Positions 59,264 to 64,000 of a stretch of 64,000 nucleotides of DNA are shown one piece after another. The stretch comes from Armatimonadota bacterium (GTDB lineage: Bacteria; Armatimonadota; Zipacnadia; Zipacnadales; UBA5352), in contig JBMNNW010000001.1 of assembly GCA_050942735.1 (NCBI GenBank), positions 82,535-146,534 of the forward strand, given 5' to 3'. Under the pieces are notes generated by a model that was given only the letters and a program-made list of their open reading frames with translations, did no database searches and was not told the origin of the DNA. Numbering within the stretch: the stretch's first letter is position 1; every line of letters starts with the position of its first letter. The translations under genes were made by a program, and so were the position numbers.

Positions 59264-61048
59264 ATGGCCGAGAATGTGAGAGACCTATCAAACGTACTGC
59301 TGCTGTCGGGCAATGAGGCGATCGCCCGCGGCGCGTGGGAGGCCGGCGTCAGAGTCGGCAGCGGCTACCCCGGAACACCTTCCTCGGAGATACTCCCGGC
59401 GCTCAACGAGCTTCCGGATGTATACTGCGAGTGGTCCGTCAACGAGAAGGTCGCGCTGGAGGTCGCGGCGGGAGCGTCGATTGCCGGCGCCCGCAGCCTC
59501 GTGACGATGAAGCACGTCGGCGTGAACGTCGCCGCCGACCCGCTCTTCACGATGGCGTACACCGGTGTCGAGGGCGGGCTGGTGATCATCAGCGCCGACG
59601 ACCCCTCGATGCACTCGTCTCAGAACGAGCAGGACAACCGCAACTACGCCCGCGCGGCGAAGGTCCCGATGCTCGAGCCCGCCACGAGCCAGGAGGCGCG
59701 GGATTTCACCATCCGCGGCTTCGAGATCAGCGAGCAGTTCGACACCCCCGTCTTCGTTCGCCCGGTGACGCGCGTCTGCCACTCAGACGGCCTCGTCGAG
59801 GTGGGGGAGCGGCAGGAGATTGGGCTTCGCGGGGAGATGGAGAAGCAGCCCGAGAAGTTCGTCATGGTCCCCGCTCACGCGCGCAAGCGCCGTGTCGCGA
59901 TGGCCGAGCGCACCCGCCGGCTGATCGAGTTCGCGGAGACAACCGACCTGACCCGCGAGGAGATGGGAGACACCTCGCTCGGCATCATCTCCGCGGGCGT
60001 GGCATATGAGTACGCAAAGGAGGCCTTCCCCGAGGCGTCAGTCCTCAAGCTGGGGATGGTCTGGCCGCTCCCGCCCGAAAGAATCCGGCGGTTCGCCGAG
60101 AAGGTCGAGCGTCTCTACGTGGTCGAGGAGCTCGATCCCTACCTCACCGAGCAGATACTTGCGATGGGCATCGCGGTCGAACCGGTGCATGAGAGCTTCC
60201 GGATCGGTGAGTTGACGCCGATGCGCGTGCGGCAGATGATCGCGGGCGAGGAGCTTCCCGCGACCGCCCCCGACGAGGACCTGCCGCCGCGGCCCCCGAC
60301 GCTCTGCGCGGGCTGCGGTCACCGCAGCGTCTTCGTGGCGCTGCGCAAGCTCAAGGCCTACGTGACCGGCGACATCGGCTGCTACACGCTCGGAACGCTC
60401 CCGCCGCTGCAGGCGATGCACACGACGCTGTGCATGGGCGCGGGCGTGAACCAGGCGCACGGGATTCAGAAGGTGCGCGGGCACGAGGTGCCGGTGGTCG
60501 CGGTGATCGGCGACTCGACCTTCACGCACTCGGGGATCACCGGCCTGGTGAACATCGCATACAACGCCGGTGTGAGCACGGTGGTGATCGTGGATAACCG
60601 CACCACCGCGATGACCGGCGGGCAGGTGCATCCGGGGATCGGCGTGACGCTGTCGGGGCTGCCCGGCCGCGAGCTTGACTTCGAGGCGCTCGCACGGGCT
60701 ATCGGTGTCGAGGATGTGCGCGTGGTCGATCCCTACGAGATGGAGGCGACCGAGCAGGCGCTGCGGGAGGCGATGGATAACCCCGAGCCCTCGGTGGTCA
60801 TCGCGAGGCACCCCTGCGTGCTTCAGGCGCGTGAGCGGCGACCCGCGCCGGTGCTCGACGTTGACGCGTGCATTCACTGCGGGCAGTGCATCCGCATCGG
60901 CTGCCCTGCGCTCTTCGACGCCTCTGCCGAGGGGGAGAAGACACTGCCGGAGATCAACACCGCTTTGTGCAGCGGCTGCACGATGTGCGTGCAGGTCTGC
61001 CCGGTTGACGCGCTGGTCGTTTCCGACACCGAGGAGGGAGATGCGTGA
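59264..61048 (+). CDS. iorA: Indolepyruvate ferredoxin oxidoreductase subunit alpha (IorA)
   Basis: TPP-binding GDIGCYTLG block and two C-terminal CxxCxxCxxxCP ferredoxin motifs. Confidence 0.9.
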   Translation: MAENVRDLSNVLLLSGNEAIARGAWEAGVRVGSGYPGTPSSEILPALNELPDVYCEWSVNEKVALEVAAGASIAGARSLVTMKHVGVNVAADPLFTMAYTGVEGGLVIISADDPSMHSSQNEQDNRNYARAAKVPMLEPATSQEARDFTIRGFEISEQFDTPVFVRPVTRVCHSDGLVEVGERQEIGLRGEMEKQPEKFVMVPAHARKRRVAMAERTRRLIEFAETTDLTREEMGDTSLGIISAGVAYEYAKEAFPEASVLKLGMVWPLPPERIRRFAEKVERLYVVEELDPYLTEQILAMGIAVEPVHESFRIGELTPMRVRQMIAGEELPATAPDEDLPPRPPTLCAGCGHRSVFVALRKLKAYVTGDIGCYTLGTLPPLQAMHTTLCMGAGVNQAHGIQKVRGHEVPVVAVIGDSTFTHSGITGLVNIAYNAGVSTVVIVDNRTTAMTGGQVHPGIGVTLSGLPGRELDFEALARAIGVEDVRVVDPYEMEATEQALREAMDNPEPSVVIARHPCVLQARERRPAPVLDVDACIHCGQCIRIGCPALFDASAEGEKTLPEINTALCSGCTMCVQVCPVDALVVSDTEEGDA

Positions 61049-61647
61049 TGGTTACGAATGTACTGCTCACGGGTGTCGGCGGACAGGGCATCATCACCGC
61101 GAGCACGATCCTCTCGCAGGCCTGCCGGCTCGCGGGCTGGGAGGTCAAGAAGAGCGAGGTCCACGGGATGAGCCAGCGCGGCGGAAGCGTCAACAGCTAC
61201 GTGCGCTTCAGCCCCGATGAGCCGATCGCCTCGCCGCTGATCCCCGAGGGGCGGGCCGACGTGTTGATGGCCTTCGAGCCGCTCGAGGGCCTTCGGCAGA
61301 TCAGGCAGGCCGCCGAGGATGCGGTGGTCATGGTCGAGGAGCGGCGGATCGTGCCGGTCACCGTCAACCTGCCGGGCTTCAGCTACCCCGAGGACGTGCT
61401 GGAGCGGCTGCGCGCGAGCGGCCGCGACGTGCGCAGCCTGCGCGCGACGGCCGCCGCCGCCGAGCTTGGCGAGCCCCGCGCGGCCAACACCGTCATGCTC
61501 GGCGCGCTCTCGACGCTGCTGGAGCTGCCCGATGACGCGTGGCGCGCGGCGATGGAACTGGTGCTCAAGCCGAATGCACTCGAGGTGAACGTCCGGGCAT
61601 TCGAGGCCGGGCGGGAGCTGGCAGCAACACAGGCCGCCGGGGCATGA
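61045..61647 (+). CDS. iorB: Indolepyruvate ferredoxin oxidoreductase subunit beta (IorB)
   Basis: VLLTGVGGQG nucleotide-binding start; 4-nt overlap (ATGA) with iorA. Confidence 0.9.
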   Translation: MMVTNVLLTGVGGQGIITASTILSQACRLAGWEVKKSEVHGMSQRGGSVNSYVRFSPDEPIASPLIPEGRADVLMAFEPLEGLRQIRQAAEDAVVMVEERRIVPVTVNLPGFSYPEDVLERLRASGRDVRSLRATAAAAELGEPRAANTVMLGALSTLLELPDDAWRAAMELVLKPNALEVNVRAFEAGRELAATQAAGA

Positions 61648-61712
61648 CGGCGATCGACCCGGGACGACGTGTTGTGGTTGGCAATGCCAACTGAACGAAG
61701 GAGGCGCAGTCA

Positions 61713-63014
61713 ATGATCTGGGACCCATTCTACGAGTGCATGGACCTTGAGGAGCGCTCGGAGCTGCAGGTGAGGCGGCTGCGGGAGACCGTGGCGCGCC
61801 TGAAGGTCAACGTACCGTGGTACCGCGATCGCCTCGCCGAGAAGGGCATTGATCCGGAGGACATTGAATCACTCGACGACCTCCGACACCTGCCCTTCAC
61901 CACCAAGGAAGACCTGCGGGACAACTACCCCTTCGGGCTCTTCGCGCTCCCTCCCGACGAGTGCGTCCGCATCCACGCCTCCTCCGGCACCACCGGCAAG
62001 CCCGTCATCGCCGGGTACGCCCGCGAGGACATCGGCATCTGGGCGGAGACCATCGCCAGGACGATCGCCTGCGGCGGCGGCAGCAGCCACGACGTGCTGC
62101 ACAACGCCTACGGCTACGGCCTCTTCACCGGCGGCCTCGGCCTGCACTACGGCGGGGAGTTGATGGGCTGTCTCGTCGTGCCGGTCTCGGGCGGAAACAC
62201 CGAGCGACAGCTCATGCTGATGGAGGACCTCGGCAGCTCGATCCTCTGCTGCACGCCCTCCTACGCGCTGACGATCGTCGATGAGGCCGATGAACTGGGC
62301 TTCGATCTCAGCAGGGTCAACCTCAAGTCCGGTCTCTTCGGCGCCGAGCCGTGGAGTGAGGGCGCGCGAGAAAGCATCGAGGAGCGCCTCGGGCTCTCCG
62401 CGCATGACATCTACGGGCTGACCGAGATCATCGGGCCGGGCGTGGCCGCCGAGTGTGGCGCGAAGGCGGGGCTGCATGTCTTTGACGATCACTTCATCCC
62501 CGAGATCATCGACCCCGCGACCGGCGACCCCCTGCCTCCGGGCGAGAAGGGCGAGCTTGTCTTCACCTGCATCACCAAGCGCGCATTCCCCGTCATCCGC
62601 TTCCGCACGCGAGACATCACGAAGCTCGACTGCGAGATCTGCGAGTGCGGGCGGACGCAGCCGCGTATGGAGCGCATCACCGGGCGCACCGATGACATGC
62701 TCATCATTCGCGGCGTGAACGTCTTCCCGTCGCAGATAGAGGAGGTCCTGCTGAAGATGGAGGAGGTCGAGCCTCACTACCAGCTCGTGCTCACGCGCGA
62801 GGGGCGGCTGGACCACCTGCAGGTGCAGGTCGAGGTCTCACCGGCGATGTTCTCCGACGAGGTGCGCAAGCTCGAGGCAATTGAGCAGAAGATCCGGCAG
62901 CGGATCAGCTCCGCGCTTGGCATCCGCGTGGACGTCAAGCTCGTCGAGCCGAAGACGATCGAACGCTTCGCCGGCAAGGCGAAGCGAGTCATTGACCAGC
63001 GTGAGGAGGCGTGA
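61713..63014 (+). CDS. paaK: Phenylacetate-CoA ligase (PaaK) family, second paralog
   Basis: SSGTTGKP motif and same domain order as 57957..59255. Confidence 0.9.
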   Translation: MIWDPFYECMDLEERSELQVRRLRETVARLKVNVPWYRDRLAEKGIDPEDIESLDDLRHLPFTTKEDLRDNYPFGLFALPPDECVRIHASSGTTGKPVIAGYAREDIGIWAETIARTIACGGGSSHDVLHNAYGYGLFTGGLGLHYGGELMGCLVVPVSGGNTERQLMLMEDLGSSILCCTPSYALTIVDEADELGFDLSRVNLKSGLFGAEPWSEGARESIEERLGLSAHDIYGLTEIIGPGVAAECGAKAGLHVFDDHFIPEIIDPATGDPLPPGEKGELVFTCITKRAFPVIRFRTRDITKLDCEICECGRTQPRMERITGRTDDMLIIRGVNVFPSQIEEVLLKMEEVEPHYQLVLTREGRLDHLQVQVEVSPAMFSDEVRKLEAIEQKIRQRISSALGIRVDVKLVEPKTIERFAGKAKRVIDQREEA

Positions 63015-63470
63015 GTGATGACCACCAGCGAACTTCTGTGCAAGCAGGTGTCGGTGTTCCTCGAGAACAAGTCGGGTCGGCTCGCGGAGGTGTGTCAGGT
63101 CCTCGGCAGGGATGACATCAACATCCGCGCGCTGTGCATCGCGGACACGTCGGACTTCGGGATTCTTCGGCTGATCGTGGACTCGCCCGACGAGGCGGTC
63201 GAGGTCCTGCAGTCAAGCGGGTTCTCGGTGGGCAGCACCGGGGTGCTGGCGCTACGCATCCCGGATCGCCCGGGCGGGCTGGGCGGCGTCCTCGGCGAGC
63301 TGGAGAAGGCCGGCGTGAACGTGGAGTACATGTACGCGTTCTTCATCACCATTGCCGGCGACGCGGTCGTGCTCTTCAAGGTGGACGACGAGGCGCTTGA
63401 GGCAACACTGTCGGTGCTGGACCGCGCGGGCGTGCCGGTCATCCCGGCGGAGGAGATTTACAAGCTGTGA
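63015..63470 (+). CDS. ACT domain-containing protein (two ACT repeats)
   Basis: VSVFLENKSGRLAEV... and ...ALRIPDRPGGLGGVL... ACT-domain signatures; typical companion of iorAB/paaK clusters. Confidence 0.85.
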   Translation: MMTTSELLCKQVSVFLENKSGRLAEVCQVLGRDDINIRALCIADTSDFGILRLIVDSPDEAVEVLQSSGFSVGSTGVLALRIPDRPGGLGGVLGELEKAGVNVEYMYAFFITIAGDAVVLFKVDDEALEATLSVLDRAGVPVIPAEEIYKL

Positions 63471-63523
63471 GTTGAGCCGACGCGTTCACGGTCGGAGAGA
63501 GTGGTTGAGTGGAGGGAAGCGCC

Positions 63524-63997
63524 ATGAGCAACGTGGAGTTCGTCGTGGACCGTGAGAACCTTGAGGTCGTGCAGAAGCAGGTCATTGACGCGCCGCGCGA
63601 GCGGGTCTGGGACGCGATGGTTGATCCGGCGCTGGTGCCGCAGTGGTGGGGGCCGGCGGCCCTCACGACCGGCGTCGAGCAGATGGACGTGCGCGAGGGT
63701 GGAACGTGGCGCTACGTCCAGCGCGACCGCGAGGGGCATGAGTATGCCTTCAGCGGCGTGTACCGCACCGTGGAGCCTCCAGGGCGGCTGGAGTACTCGT
63801 TCACCTATGAGGGCGAGCCGGACGACTTGATGGAGGAGACGGCAACGCTCGAGGAGCTTCCGGGCGGGCGGACCGTCCTAACCACGCGGTCGCGTTTCGC
63901 GACAGTCGAGGCCCTCGACGGAGCGGTCAGCTCCGGCATGGAGGAGGGCGCAACCGAGTCGATGGAGCGCTTCGCCGATCTCATCGAGCGGCGGTGA
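63524..63997 (+). CDS. SRPBCC superfamily (AHSA1/polyketide-cyclase-like) protein
   Basis: ATG 63524 with GGAGGG RBS; ...RERVWDAMVDPALVPQWWGP... typical AHSA1-like N-terminus. Confidence 0.8.
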   Translation: MSNVEFVVDRENLEVVQKQVIDAPRERVWDAMVDPALVPQWWGPAALTTGVEQMDVREGGTWRYVQRDREGHEYAFSGVYRTVEPPGRLEYSFTYEGEPDDLMEETATLEELPGGRTVLTTRSRFATVEALDGAVSSGMEEGATESMERFADLIERR

Positions 63998-64000
63998 CGG

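Noticed and set aside
57960-59291. 443-aa minus ORF antisense to paaK; 60038..60877 antisense to iorA
   Set aside because: paaK/iorA motifs are on the + strand.
1-64000. Search for tRNA/rRNA genes, CRISPR arrays, transposases/integrases, prophage genes
   Set aside because: No cloverleaf-compatible sequences with GTTCGAATC-type T-arms outside CDSs, no spaced direct-repeat arrays other than the microsatellites (which lack unique spacers), and no transposase/integrase-like ORFs were seen.

Overview
High-GC (about 68%) bacterial chromosomal window. It is densely coding, with long spurious antisense ORFs typical of GC-rich DNA. I could support no rRNA, tRNA, CRISPR array, transposase or integrase.

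Gene content is a secreted-glycan / sulfated-glycan degradation and accessory-metabolism landscape:
- two giant secreted CBM9-like + discoidin proteins
- a GHL10 glycoside hydrolase-like family 10 protein
- a pectate-lyase-like beta-helix protein
- a GH43/32/130-like beta-propeller
- a BNR sialidase
- two sulfatase-family proteins, one with a degenerate formylglycine motif
- a CocE/NonD hydrolase
- two Gfo/Idh/MocA oxidoreductases
- a PIG-L deacetylase
- a PfkB kinase
- three or four uroporphyrinogen-decarboxylase (URO-D)-family paralogs

This mix suggests a PVC-superphylum-like organism (inference only).

Embedded modules:
1. An AraC-regulated operon of DegT aminotransferase, sulfatase-like protein, tandem amidohydrolase and a CBM9/discoidin giant.
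2. A Ku-LigD non-homologous end joining (NHEJ) pair.
3. An unusual divergent cluster of a radical SAM/SPASM-like enzyme with an N-terminal extension, followed by a GIY-YIG-like DUF123 protein, a small ParB/Srx-fold nuclease-domain protein and a cytoplasmic ceramidase-family protein. This is my best candidate for an undescribed system.
4. A flotillin/NfeD/coiled-coil operon whose NfeD partner carries a striking Asp/His-rich repeat.
5. An iorA-iorB with two paaK and an ACT gene (aryl-pyruvate to aryl-acetate module).

The most striking non-coding feature is a roughly 300 bp block of three abutting microsatellites, (GGGAAAC)~18, (GGAAAC)15 and (GGCGAAC)~8, in an intergenic region. The first array fits the G-quadruplex consensus.
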